Positions 1-13,645 of a stretch of DNA of 64,000 bases are shown piece by piece. This stretch comes from Schmidtea polychroa. Its lineage: Eukaryota. The position numbers were made by a program, and so were the translations under genes. Below the pieces are notes generated by a model. It had not been told where the DNA came from and did not search any database. It worked only from the letters and a program-made list of their open reading frames with translations. Every line of letters starts with the position of its first letter. Within the stretch, counting starts at the first letter, position 1. The stretch covers positions 22,384,001 to 22,448,000 of the forward strand of contig CM097885.1 of the NCBI GenBank assembly GCA_044892525.1. Reading direction: 5' to 3'.

Positions 1-1273
1 TTTTTATTTATTCACATTTGGAACGACCAATCTCAAATTGTTGATGAAAATTTATCCAATAACATGAAAGATAATGTAAAAAAGTTGAGATTTAAAAATC
101 GAATGGATTGAATATTCAGTTTTATTTTTTTTTGTTTTAAATATTCATTGGTGGAATTTTAGACATTCAATCTATGAAAGTCTAATTTCAATCAGTTGTT
201 TTAGTTTTAATTTAAAATTGTTTTTTAACTTATAATCCATTTTAATTAATAATGAATAAGTTTTTCAAGGATTATAAATGGCTATTTAAATATTAAAAAT
301 TTTAAATGTTAAATTTTTAAATTTAAAAAATAAAATTTTTTTTTAATTTAAAAATTAATTTTAATCCATATTTACAGCTTGGAGATGGGTCATACTGTCA
401 TCACTTTTCAAATTTATATTAGTTATAAAAATATGATTTCTGCATTTATGCTTAAGTGACTATTCGTCCGTAGATTTCTGGGATTTTGTCTCTAAAACAA
501 GGCTTGCTTCCCAGTTTATTTTTTCCCGGATTCTGCATTTCTTCATTAAAGTCATAAAATAATTAGTTGAAACTGGAGCTACTATTCTGCTATTACAATT
601 AAAATTTTGAAACAGTACTTTTGTTGAAATTTTGAAAGATATCTCAAAGGGAACCTAATAAAAGGAAGGGATCATAGTTGTCAAAAAAAAATTTGAATTA
701 GTGAGAAGACTTTAACGAATGCTGATATTTTGTTAAGAACAATTGTTTTATCCAAGAAACATTTAATTATAGAAAAATATAATTATTAATTGTTGTATTA
801 AATAATACTTCCAAAAGTAGAACATAGGCAAAACGTCTTGTGTCATTGGAAGTTTCAATAAAAATGCTTACAGTGTTGAAGTAGTATGATGTGAAGCCAT
901 AACACTAAAATACCATTCCCTACTAAATTCTTTTTTCCTCTTTGATTTCACAAAATTCTTGTAAGCGGATTTCAAAGATTATTAGTTCATTTAATTTGGA
1001 ACAATCTCTCTATAAAGTATTTCCATCAATTAACTAGAGAAAAATATTTTTTTTACGATTTTTCATCAATCACCTCAACAGATTTCAAGGATTTCCAACC
1101 CATTCGATTAGCAACGACCTCTTCTACGAATCTCTACTAACCATTTACAAAAAATAATCAAAACATACTTATTCTTATAAATTTCCTGCGTAGATTTCAA
1201 AGATTTATAACTCATTGATTCGTAATTAATAATTATATAATTATAATAATAATAATAATAATAGTAGGTAGTT

Positions 1274-1307
1274 ATGTGCACTCTAGATCCATGTGCACTC
1301 TAGATCC
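1274..1307 (+). repeat. 17-bp tandem duplication in the terminal repeat
   Basis: ATGTGCACTCTAGATCC x2, followed by C- and T-runs and three ATCGATTACGT motifs (~1462, 1498, 1533); mirrored at the right end. Confidence 0.9.
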
Positions 1308-1314
1308 AGATACC

Positions 1315-1357
<43 letters not shown>

Positions 1358-1372
1358 AAACCCCCCCCCTAC

Positions 1373-1404
<32 letters not shown>

Positions 1405-2896
1405 TTTAAAAGACCCCCCCCCCCCATATTTTTTTTTTAAATTTAAATTTTTGTTTTAATTATCGATTACGTAATAATTTTATTTTTTGTTTTAATCATC
1501 GATTACGTAATAATTTAAAATTTTTTTAAAACATCGATTACGTCATTGATTTTAATTTTTTATAAGAATTTTTTATGTCATTATACTTGAAATTTAATTC
1601 TCTGTTAAATGAGACTATGATGTAATCAAAATTCTGAAATTTCATTTTTAGTACACGATTTTTAAATTTACACATCTTTTTAAACAAATTGAGATATTTT
1701 CACTCAAACAATATATAGATAGAATTTTAATCTCTATAAAATGACATCAATATTTACTTCAAATTCATAATCATAACACCTTAAACAATGTATTTTTCAG
1801 CCAACTTTTACATACACACATATTTTCAACTTTTAAAAAATACAAATTAATCATCTATACTTAACTCATAGTAAATAATTATATTAAAAGACATATTAAA
1901 AGATGTATTAAAAACTAAACATTTATTAAAATCCTAGAGAAATTCGATCACTATCTAATTTCCAAATCGGTGATATGACATCTTTCTCATCTATTTTATA
2001 TCCCTGTATTGACATATTTACAAACCATCTTTCCCCATCTTTATATTCAATTTTATATAACAAAGACATATTGCATACAAAGACACACATGACTCATCAT
2101 ACTTTTTAATATATTACGTTGCGGTATTTTAAAATTTAAATTTATTTTAAAAACTTATTTTGATGGTTAAGTAGACAAAATAAGATTATTGCACATACTT
2201 TGGATTATCATATATATAGTCTATCAGACAAGATATTCTGTTCCTCTACGGGTAATGGTCACAAAGATACTGCTAAAACTTTATTACACACAATGTATAA
2301 AAAATCTTATTAGTGTCCACACATGCGACAAGTTATTATTATTATTATTATTATTATTATTTTCAAAGTATTATAATTATATATACTCCTAGTCTATCCG
2401 ACAAGATATTCTGTCCCCCTATGGGTAATGGTCACAAAAGTAAAGGTCACAAAGGTAAAGGTCACAAATGTACTGCTAAAAATATTCAAGACAAAACTTT
2501 AATAAAGAAATTCTAAATATTATACTTTAAATATACACTAAAATTTATTAACACATTGGGTAATGGTCGCAAAGGTAAAGGTTACTAATGTACTGCTCGC
2601 AAAGGTAATACTCACATTCAACATGTCGTAAATTATTTTCAAAGTATTATTATTATTCATTATTAAAATTAAAATTATTATTAAATTCTGACCAACTTAA
2701 ATCAATGAAGGGATAGGACAAAAATATATTACGTTGCGGTATTTTAAAATTTAAATATATTTTAAAAAACTTATTTTGACACTAAAGTTGACTTATTTAA
2801 CAAAGATATAATTATTGCACATGCTTTGCATAAATATTATTATTATTTTTTTTGAATTTTCAATATTTTCTTTCAAAGTATTAACACGCGCGGGAG

Positions 2897-2928
<32 letters not shown>

Positions 2929-3037
2929 GAAAAAGCTAAAATATGGTTTACACATACACAACCTATTAACAATTATTATTGCAAATATTAGTGAAAAACC
3001 TAAAATATTTTTTACACACATATACAACCCATTAAAC

Positions 3038-3084
<47 letters not shown>

Positions 3085-3729
3085 TATTATTAGTCAAAAA
3101 CCTAAAATAATTTTTACACACTAAGTTATGGGGTAGAGAATTATTATATGTTTGCAATATTCTGTGTTTGCCTCTACAGGAAGTTGTCAATAAGGAGCGA
3201 TAATTTACAATTTTACACATACATTCTATATACACATACCTTGTTTAACATGGGTGTATATATTCCTAGTCTATCCGACAAGATATTCTGTCCCCCTATG
3301 GGTATTGCTAGCAAGAGTACTACTCACATTCAACATGTCGCAAGGGTATATTAATTAAGGTTAGTAAATAAAACTTATGACACATACTATTTTTAATAAT
3401 ATTTAAACGATATAAATCAAGACAAGAGAGGACAAGGCAAAGTTTATGCATTTATTATTGCCAGGCCTAATGAGCAGTGACCAAATATCTGTGCCTGAAA
3501 GACACGGTGGATATTTGTTCGCGTCCACAAGGGTCGTCTGTGCCTCCCCAAGTGGGGTCAGAAGAACCTGGACATTATAGTTCTCCGTACGGAACATTAC
3601 GCCTAGCATGGGTAGTCAACTACCAGCACATTTGAAACGTATTAAAAATATATTTCAAAATACATGCGTCATTGGCACTATAACCAAATTAATTAATGTT
3701 TTCACTAACACAAATATATATTTACAGAG

Positions 3730-3773
3730 GCCTCCCACTAGTTGGATTACAACCGCCCACCACGACGATCAGC
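3730..3773 (-). ncRNA. SRP/7SL Alu-domain-like RNA motif (left-arm copy)
   Basis: Reverse complement of the motif at 9578-9621. Confidence 0.55.
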
Positions 3774-5114
3774 TTGCGAATATATATTAATTAAGGGATA
3801 AAGAGGGCCCCCCAACCCTATTATATTTAATTTACAAAATAATGTTTTTAAAGGGCTTCTCCGTCAGTTTTCTCACTCTTCTGATTTTTTTCTGGAATTT
3901 GTCGGTAATCTAGCATTATTATTATTATTTAAATTATTATTATAAATATTATAATTATTATTTATTATTTTTAAGATTTTATTCTGAGAGCAAATTCTAA
4001 TAATATCAACAAATTTGTATTTATTTTAATTACTATTATCAATTACTTAGTTGGCGAAGTCCTAAACAAAGAACTCTATTGAACCATCTAATAAAACAGA
4101 ATATGATCATCTTTTAAATTAATTAATAAAATATTTTTATTATGATAAAGAAATAAACCTAGTTCTTTCCGAATTTCATTTATATATCCACAGGTAATGT
4201 CAGTAAGTTGGATTCATCTATAAATTTATATCACATTTATTATTTAAAGTTAAACTACTCACTGAGAATGACTGAGATAAAGTTTCGCAAACAATAAACT
4301 GTAGTTCTCTGGATAGAAACGAAATAATTTTCAAAAAATCCACTAAAATTTTATCATAAATAGTATTGAATAAATAATTTTGAAATTCTGTTCTAAAATA
4401 GAGTTATAAAATTATTTAATATACAAATTAACTTTACTTTGAATTTAAAAAACTAACTATAAAATTTGCTTATTATTACCAAAAATTTAATATCTTTATA
4501 AAAATATTTAAGCATAAGTAAATAACATTAATTAATCTTAATTTTAATTTATATCAATTCATTAAATTTATAAAATTATTTTATATACAAATTAACTTTG
4601 AATTTAAAAAACTAACTATAAAATTTGCTTTTATATTTAAACAAAGTTTTAAACAAGTTATAATTAAATTATTTTTCGTAAAAAATGATTATATAAAGAT
4701 TAAATATTATTACTTAAAAATAATTTTACTTTTTATTGGAAATTTATTTTTCTTACATAAATTATTACCAAAAATTTAATATCTTTATAAAAATATTTAA
4801 GCATAACATTAATTAATCTTAATTTTAATTTATATCAATTCATTAAATTTATAAAATTATTTTATATACAAATTAACTTTGAATTTAAAAAACTAACTAT
4901 AAAATTTATTTTTATATTTAAACAAAGTTTTAAACAAGTTATAATTAAATTATTTTTCGTAAAAATGATTAATTAAAGATGATGAACTATAAAATAAATA
5001 TTATTACTTGAAAATATTTTTATTTGTTATTGGAAATTTATTTTTCTTACATAAATTTTAATATCTTTATAAAAATATTTAAGCATAAGTAAATAACATT
5101 AATTAAATTAATCT

Positions 5115-5710
5115 AACAACCAAGTACTTACATCTAGACACTAACAACTAGACACTAACAACTAGTTACCGTTTACATAGTACAAGATATCAACAACCTA
5201 CAACTAGATACCAACAACCTGTTACCAACAATGTATTACAAATGGCTACCAAGTACTAACAACTATCTACTACCAACCAGATACTAACAACCAAGTACTT
5301 ACAACTAGACACTAACAACTAGTTACCGTTTACATAGTACAAGATATCAACCACAACAACAACAACAACGACAACTGGATACATACAACTAGATACCAAC
5401 AATCTGTTACCAACTATGTATTACAAATGGCTACCAAGTACTAACAACTATCTACTAACAACCAGATACTAACAACCAAGTACTTACAACTAGACACTAA
5501 CAACTAGTTACCGTTTACATAGTACAAGATATCAACAACAATAACAACAACAACAACTGGATACATAGAACTAGATACCAACAACTTGTTACCGAATAGG
5601 TATTAACAACTATCTACTAAGTACCAACCTAAATTCAATCACTCCCCAAGTATTTTCAACTACTCACTAACAACTACCAAGTACTAAGCACTTACAACTA
5701 GGTGTTAACA
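5115..5710 (+). repeat. CAA/CTA-rich ~160-180-bp tandem repeat (mirrored at ~7640-8240)
   Basis: CAACTAGACACTAACAACTAGTTACCGTTTACATAGTACAAGATATC recurs at ~5146, ~5302 and ~5487. Confidence 0.9.
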
Positions 5711-6349
5711 AATAGATTTAAAAGAAACTTGTTCTTCATTGAAGAAAATGATAATCATTGAATGAAAATAATAATAAAAATGCAACTGATTGACTGAATT
5801 CAAGGTACCAGTACTTGTAAGATTCCAAATAACTAGGTAAAAATTGATGAAATTATTGTAAAAATAACATGTAAAACATTTAAATTATTCAAAACCTAGT
5901 AAATAAATATCATAAAAAGTCAAGAAAGAAAGAACTTGAAATTATAGTCATTGATAATCCAGTAAATATTTATCTTAAATACTAATCATTCAAGTTATTA
6001 ATAAAGTAATTTTAATGATTTCAAATTGATTGACTGATTGCTCAAATTATTCAGAAAATTCAGTATAAATTCATTACAAATTATCAAAGTCGTCAATCTA
6101 GACTAAAAATCAAAATTTAATAAAATCAACAAAATATTTCACCTCATCTACCATCTACCACCTAATTAGAGATTATATTTTCTCATTGATTGAAGAAAAC
6201 TTTGATAAAATTATTCTGAGGTGCTAAGAATCTTCATTGAAATAGAATTATTAGTGGGAAAATAAATTGATTGATCAAATTATTCATCGATTCCAACCAA
6301 ATTTTATTATTCATTGAACTATATGATAAATTATCTAAAAATATATTAA

Positions 6350-6591
6350 CCCTTTCCAGTCCAGTGATTCCAAATGGAATCATTAGTTAAAAACTCAGTT
6401 TTTTTCTCTCTACTACCAAAACGGTTGGCAGTAACTAGTGAGAACTATAGTAAGATATGTTTTTAACAGTTGGCACAAGGGGGCAACAAAGAAAATGAAG
6501 TAAAATATTTTTATGATAAAATAAGTAGTTTTGGTACCTACTTACTGCATATATTTTTTTTTTGTTTTGAAAAAATTTGGGCTGGAAAGGG
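6350..6591. mobile_element. piggyBac-type MITE (242 bp)
   Basis: TTAA duplication (6346-6349, 6592-6595); TIRs CCCTTTCCAGTCCA / TGGGCTGGAAAGGG. The mirror position in the right arm (~7002) has a single, empty TTAA. Confidence 0.9.
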
Positions 6592-9577
6592 TTAAAAGAA
6601 TTGGTTATTATTTCAAAGTCAAATACCATTATTCATAAAGGATGGAAATCTTAATTGAGATAGAATTAATGTCTACTGGTATAATTGCTAAAGGAAAATA
6701 CACTGACAAGTGGTATTGAAATGTTTTTAATGAAAAGTTGACGTATAAGATTGGTGATATATTAAGTATTTATTTAAAAAATATTTTACTCAAACATCAC
6801 TTGAGTATTTAGTTCAATTTTACAGAAGATATATTTGTGGGGTGAATATAAATCATTCGATGATTATTAGTATGAAAATAAATATTGTAAATCAGAGCCT
6901 GTTGATTGTTCACATTATTAATATAAGGATTATTTCTTACCTAAATTGTCACATGTCAAACCATGAAATGGTATTTGACTTTGAAATAATAACCAATTCT
7001 TTTAATATATTTTTAGATAATTTATCATATAGTTCAATGAATAATAAAATTTGGTTGGAATCGATGAATAATTTGATCAATCAATTTATTTTCCCACTAA
7101 TAATTCTATTTCAATGAAGATTCTTAGCACCTCAGAATAATTTTATCAAAGTTTTCTTCAATCAATGAGAAAATATAATCTCTAATTAGGTGGTAGATGG
7201 TAGATGAGGTGAAATATTTTGTTGATTTTATTAAATTTTGATTTTTAGTCTAGATTGACGACTTTGATAATTTGTAATGAATTTATACTGAATTTTCTGA
7301 ATAATTTGAGCAATCAGTCAATCAATTTGAAATCATTAAAATTACTTTATTAATAACTTGAATGATTAGTATTTAAGATAAATATTTACTGGATTATCAA
7401 TGACTATAATTTCAAGTTCTTTCTTTCTTGACTTTTTATGATATTTATTTACTAGGTTTTGAATAATTTAAATGTTTTACATGTTATTTTTACAATAATT
7501 TCATCAATTTTTACCTAGTTATTTGGAATCTTACAAGTACTGGTACCTTGAATTCAGTCAATCAGTTGCATTTTTATTATTATTTTCATTCAATGATTAT
7601 CATTTTCTTCAATGAAGAACAAGTTTCTTTTAAATCTATTTGTTAACACCTAGTTGTAAGTGCTTAGTACTTGGTAGTTGTTAGTGAGTAGTTGAAAATA
7701 CTTGGGGAGTGATTGAATTTAGGTTGGTACTTAGTAGATAGTTGTTAATACCTATTCGGTAACAAGTTGTTGGTATCTAGTTCTATGTATCCAGTTGTTG
7801 TTGTTGTTATTGTTGTTGATATCTTGTACTATGTAAACGGTAACTAGTTGTTAGTGTCTAGTTGTAAGTACTTGGTTGTTAGTATCTGGTTGTTAGTAGA
7901 TAGTTGTTAGTACTTGGTAGCCATTTGTAATACATAGTTGGTAACAGATTGTTGGTATCTAGTTGTATGTATCCAGTTGTCGTTGTTGTTGTTGTTGTGG
8001 TTGATATCTTGTACTATGTAAACGGTAACTAGTTGTTAGTGTCTAGTTGTAAGTACTTGGTTGTTAGTATCTGGTTGGTAGTAGATAGTTGTTAGTACTT
8101 GGTAGCCATTTGTAATACATTGTTGGTAACAGGTTGTTGGTATCTAGTTGTAGGTTGTTGATATCTTGTACTATGTAAACGGTAACTAGTTGTTAGTGTC
8201 TAGTTGTTAGTGTCTAGATGTAAGTACTTGGTTGTTAGATTAATTTAATTAATGTTATTTACTTATGCTTAAATATTTTTATAAAGATATTAAAATTTAT
8301 GTAAGAAAAATAAATTTCCAATAACAAATAAAAATATTTTCAAGTAATAATATTTATTTTATAGTTCATCATCTTTAATTAATCATTTTTACGAAAAATA
8401 ATTTAATTATAACTTGTTTAAAACTTTGTTTAAATATAAAAATAAATTTTATAGTTAGTTTTTTAAATTCAAAGTTAATTTGTATATAAAATAATTTTAT
8501 AAATTTAATGAATTGATATAAATTAAAATTAAGATTAATTAATGTTATGCTTAAATATTTTTATAAAGATATTAAATTTTTGGTAATAATTTATGTAAGA
8601 AAAATAAATTTCCAATAAAAAGTAAAATTATTTTTAAGTAATAATATTTAATCTTTATATAATCATTTTTTACGAAAAATAATTTAATTATAACTTGTTT
8701 AAAACTTTGTTTAAATATAAAAGCAAATTTTATAGTTAGTTTTTTAAATTCAAAGTTAATTTGTATATAAAATAATTTTATAAATTTAATGAATTGATAT
8801 AAATTAAAATTAAGATTAATTAATGTTATTTACTTATGCTTAAATATTTTTATAAAGATATTAAATTTTTGGTAATAATAAGCAAATTTTATAGTTAGTT
8901 TTTTAAATTCAAAGTAAAGTTAATTTGTATATTAAATAATTTTATAACTCTATTTTAGAACAGAATTTCAAAATTATTTATTCAATACTATTTATGATAA
9001 AATTTTAGTGGATTTTTTGAAAATTATTTCGTTTCTATCCAGAGAACTACAGTTTATTGTTTGCGAAACTTTATCTCAGTCATTCTCAGTGAGTAGTTTA
9101 ACTTTAAATAATAAATGTGATATAAATTTATAGATGAATCCAACTTACTGACATTACCTGTGGATATATAAATGAAATTCGGAAAGAACTAGGTTTATTT
9201 CTTTATCATAATAAAAATATTTTATTAATTAATTTAAAAGATGATCATATTCTGTTTTATTAGATGGTTCAATAGAGTTCTTTGTTTAGGACTTCGCCAA
9301 CTAAGTAATTGATAATAGTAATTAAAATAAATACAAATTTGTTGATATTATTAGAATTTGCTCTCAGAATAAAATCTTAAAAATAATAAATAATAATTAT
9401 AATATTTATAATAATAATTTAAATAATAATAATAATGCTAGATTACCGACAAATTCCAGAAAAAAATCAGAAGAGTGAGAAAACTGACGGAGAAGCCCTT
9501 TAAAAACATTATTTTGTAAATTAAATATAATAGGGTTGGGGGGCCCTCTTTATCCCTTAATTAATATATATTCGCAA

Positions 9578-9621
9578 GCTGATCGTCGTGGTGGGCGGTT
9601 GTAATCCAACTAGTGGGAGGC
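9578..9621 (+). ncRNA. SRP/7SL Alu-domain-like RNA motif (right-arm copy)
   Basis: GCTGATCGTCGTGGTGGGCGGTTGTAATCCAACTAGTGGGAGGC: helix GATCGTC/GGCGGTT, UGUAA hinge, helix TCCA/TGGG, complementary loops TGGT/ACTA, closing GCT/GGC. Resembles the 5' end of metazoan 7SL. Confidence 0.55.
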
Positions 9622-10267
9622 CTCTGTAAATATATATTTGTGTTAGTGAAAACATTAATTAATTTGGTTATAGTGCCAATGACGCATGTATTTTGAAATA
9701 TATTTTTAATACGTTTCAAATGTGCTGGTAGTTGACTACCCATGCTAGGCGTAATGTTCCGTACGGAGAACTATAATGTCCAGGTTCTTCTGACCCCACT
9801 TGGGGGAGGCACAGACGACCCTTGTGGACGCGAACAAATATCCACCGTGTCTTTCAGGCACAGATATTTGGTCACTGCTCATTAGGCCTGGCAATAATAA
9901 ATGCATAAACTTTGCCTTGTCCTCTCTTGTCTTGATTTATATCGTTTAAATATTATTAAAAATAGTATGTGTCATAAGTTTTATTTACTAACCTTAATTA
10001 ATATACCCTTGCGACATGTTGAATGTGAGTAGTACTCTTGCTAGCAATACCCATAGGGGGACAGAATATCTTGTCGGATAGACTAGGAATATATACACCC
10101 ATGTTAAACAAGGTATGTGTATATAGAATGTATGTGTAAAATTGTAAATTATCGCTCCTTATTGACAACTTCCTGTAGAGGCAAACACAGAATATTGCAA
10201 ACATATAATAATTCTCTACCCCATAACTTAGTGTGTAAAAATTATTTTAGGTTTTTGACTAATAATA

Positions 10268-10311
<44 letters not shown>

Positions 10312-10420
10312 GTTTAATGGGTTGTATATGTGTGTAAAAAATATTTTAGGTTTTTCACTAATATTTGCAATAATAATTGTTAATAGGTTGTGTATGTGTA
10401 AACCATATTTTAGCTTTTTC

Positions 10421-10452
<32 letters not shown>

Positions 10453-10987
10453 CTCCCGCGCGTGTTAATACTTTGAAAGAAAATATTGAAAATTCAAAAA
10501 AAATAATAATAATATTTATGCAAAGCATGTGCAATAATTATATCTTTGTTAAATAAGTCAACTTTAGTGTCAAAATAAGTTTTTTAAAATATATTTAAAT
10601 TTTAAAATACCGCAACGTAATATATTTTTGTCCTATCCCTTCATTGATTTAAGTTGGTCAGAATTTAATAATAATTTTAATTTTAATAATGAATAATAAT
10701 AATACTTTGAAAATAATTTACGACATGTTGAATGTGAGTATTACCTTTGCGAGCAGTACATTAGTAACCTTTACCTTTGCGACCATTACCCAATGTGTTA
10801 ATAAATTTTAGTGTATATTTAAAGTATAATATTTAGAATTTCTTTATTAAAGTTTTGTCTTGAATATTTTTAGCAGTACATTTGTGACCTTTACCTTTGT
10901 GACCTTTACTTTTGTGACCATTACCCATAGGGGGACAGAATATCTTGTCGGATAGACTAGGAGTATATATAATTATAATACTTTGAA

Positions 10988-11026
<39 letters not shown>

Positions 11027-11994
11027 TTGTCGCATGTGTGGACACTAATAAGATTTTTTATACATTGTGTGTAATAAAGTTTTAGCAGTATCTTTGTGAC
11101 CATTACCCGTAGAGGAACAGAATATCTTGTCTGATAGACTATATATATGATAATCCAAAGTATGTGCAATAATCTTATTTTGTCTACTTAACCATCAAAA
11201 TAAGTTTTTAAAATAAATTTAAATTTTAAAATACCGCAACGTAATATATTAAAAAGTATGATGAGTCATGTGTGTCTTTGTATGCAATATGTCTTTGTTA
11301 TATAAAATTGAATATAAAGATGGGGAAAGATGGTTTGTAAATATGTCAATACAGGGATATAAAATAGATGAGAAAGATGTCATATCACCGATTTGGAAAT
11401 TAGATAGTGATCGAATTTCTCTAGGATTTTAATAAATGTTTAGTTTTTAATACATCTTTTAATATGTCTTTTAATATAATTATTTACTATGAGTTAAGTA
11501 TAGATGATTAATTTGTATTTTTTAAAAGTTGAAAATATGTGTGTATGTAAAAGTTGGCTGAAAAATACATTGTTTAAGGTGTTATGATTATGAATTTGAA
11601 GTAAATATTGATGTCATTTTATAGAGATTAAAATTCTATCTATATATTGTTTGAGTGAAAATATCTCAATTTGTTTAAAAAGATGTGTAAATTTAAAAAT
11701 CGTGTACTAAAAATGAAATTTCAGAATTTTGATTACATCATAGTCTCATTTAACAGAGAATTAAATTTCAAGTATAATGACATAAAAAATTCTTATAAAA
11801 AATTAAAATCAATGACGTAATCGATGTTTAAAAAAAATTTTAAATTATTACGTAATCGATGATTAAAACAAAAAATAAAATTATTACGTAATCGATAATT
11901 AAAACAAAAATTTAAATTTAAAAAAAAAATATGGGGGGGGGGGTCTTTTAAAAAATTAAAAAAAAAAAAAAAAAAAAAGTAGGGGGGGGGGTTT

Positions 11995-12041
<47 letters not shown>

Positions 12042-12092
12042 GGTATCTGGATCTAGAGTGCACATGGATCTAGAGTGCACATAACTACCTAC

Positions 12093-12171
<79 letters not shown>

Positions 12172-13250
12172 TTTACCTTTGAACAAAATATCTATAAACA
12201 AGTTAAAGGTCTGCCTATGGGTTCTAGCATATCAGGACTGCTAGCAATCATCTTTATGGATAACCTCGAACGACAGACACTGAGGACCATACAACCCATC
12301 GGTTTCTATGGAAGATATGTAGATGATATCTTCATCACGACCAAAAACAGAAAAGAAGCGGAGGAAATATTTCATACATTCAATGCGGCTCATCAAGATA
12401 TTAAGTTCGAAATCGAATATCCGGAAGAAGATGGATCCCTCAATTTATTGGATTTGAGAATCAAAATAGAAGAAAATACTCCAACATACGGGTTCTACAG
12501 AAAACCAGCTCGCAAAGAAATATTTATGCACCAAAGATCAGCGCTTCCATACTTACAGAAAGTACATGTCATAAGAAACGAGAAACGAAGAATAGCCAAT
12601 CGATGCACGGAGAAAAACGAAAACTTTAAAGAGCAATCAAATTTCAATAAAATCCTACACCGAAACGGATACCAAGGTGAGGACATTGAACAAATGAATT
12701 CTACCCCAAGAAGATCTAGGGAATTAACACAAAAGAATCAGAAATATTTCTATCTGAATATCCCATTCATCAGTGACATACTCGACTTCAAGATCCTGAA
12801 AGAACTTAAACGTACCGGTCTTCCAATTCGGATAGCACATAAATCTTGGACATTGAGAAGGGCTCTGGCAGGCAACATAAATAGAGAAAACAATTGCACA
12901 ATGAAAAACTGCCAGACACCGAAAGATATGTGCTTTAGAAAAAACATCGTCTATTGCATCACGTGCAATGTATGCAATGAAATCTACATTGGAAGTACCC
13001 TCAGGACATTGCACCAAAGAGTTAAAGAACATCTAGATCCTGGTGGAACATCCTCGTTGGGCAGACATCTCCGGCAGTGTCAGCCAACAGAGGAAAGAAA
13101 AAAAATATTTCAATAGAAATCATAGCTAATGGAAACATCCAAAAGAAAAATGTCACAATCAAAGAAGCAATTCTCATCATAAACAGACAGCCAAAGATCA
13201 ACACTAAAGAAGAAATCAATGAAATCATGAATTTGATCTGTTGTCATTGA
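12172..13250 (+). mobile_element. Penelope-like retroelement, 5'-truncated: RT C-terminal part plus GIY-YIG endonuclease (Neptune/Naiad-like)
   Basis: FTFEQNIYKQVKGLPMGS, YGRYVDDIF, LNLLDL, YRKP, Cys-rich linker, VYCITCNVCNEIYIGST, RVKEH. After a -1 shift in the A-run at ~13098-13105 it continues to KEAILI...PKIN and a stop at 13250. The 5' end abuts (AAT)n. Confidence 0.9.
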
Positions 13251-13645
13251 CTTTGAGAATAACTGACAATATATAAAGAAATTAAAAAAAATAGAATAAA
13301 TTAAAAAGTAATAATTAGAATAATATAGAAAAAAATTTAAAAAAATAGGGTTTGAAAATCAAAATTGACACATTTATTGAAATATTTAAATAGCATATAT
13401 AAGTAGTTATTGGAGGCTTTATTTAAAATATTTTCAAATATTTTATTAGGCTTCTAGAAGCTAATTATAGAAGATGTAAAAAAATTTAAAAATTTTTAGT
13501 TTGTGTCATTTTGAAATTTTAAATGTAAAAATTTTAAAATTTTTTAGTAAAACAATTCATTATATTTACAACCAATGAGAATTAAGAGAAAGGAAATAAA
13601 AGAAAGATTGAAGGGTATTTTGGGGAAGAACATTGCTAAATTCCA

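Larger units (their letters stand above)
1263..12093. mobile_element. Giant palindromic non-autonomous element with Polinton/Maverick-type termini
   Basis: Starts AGTAGGTAGTTATGTGCACTCTAGATCC (1263) and ends with the exact reverse complement (...ATAACTACCTACT, 12093). AATAAT flanks both sides (1257-1262, 12094-12099), although inside an (AAT)n tract. Arms 1263-6630 and 6967-12093 are near-identical inverted copies around a 336-bp spacer. No credible ORF. Confidence 0.8.

Noticed and set aside
380..1215. Minus-strand host gene with short introns
   Set aside because: Splice-like signals are present, but the joined exons hit stops and no family was recognised.
3467..3545. Hammerhead at CTAATGAG
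   Set aside because: Core lacks G5 and no GAAA follows a plausible stem II.
5115..5710. CRISPR-like appearance of repeated units
   Set aside because: Whole units including the 'spacers' repeat; eukaryotic context; no cas genes.
2189..11169. Short paired ORFs in the palindrome arms
   Set aside because: Low complexity with no motifs; duplicated only because the arms are inverted copies, and one is broken by an indel in the other arm.
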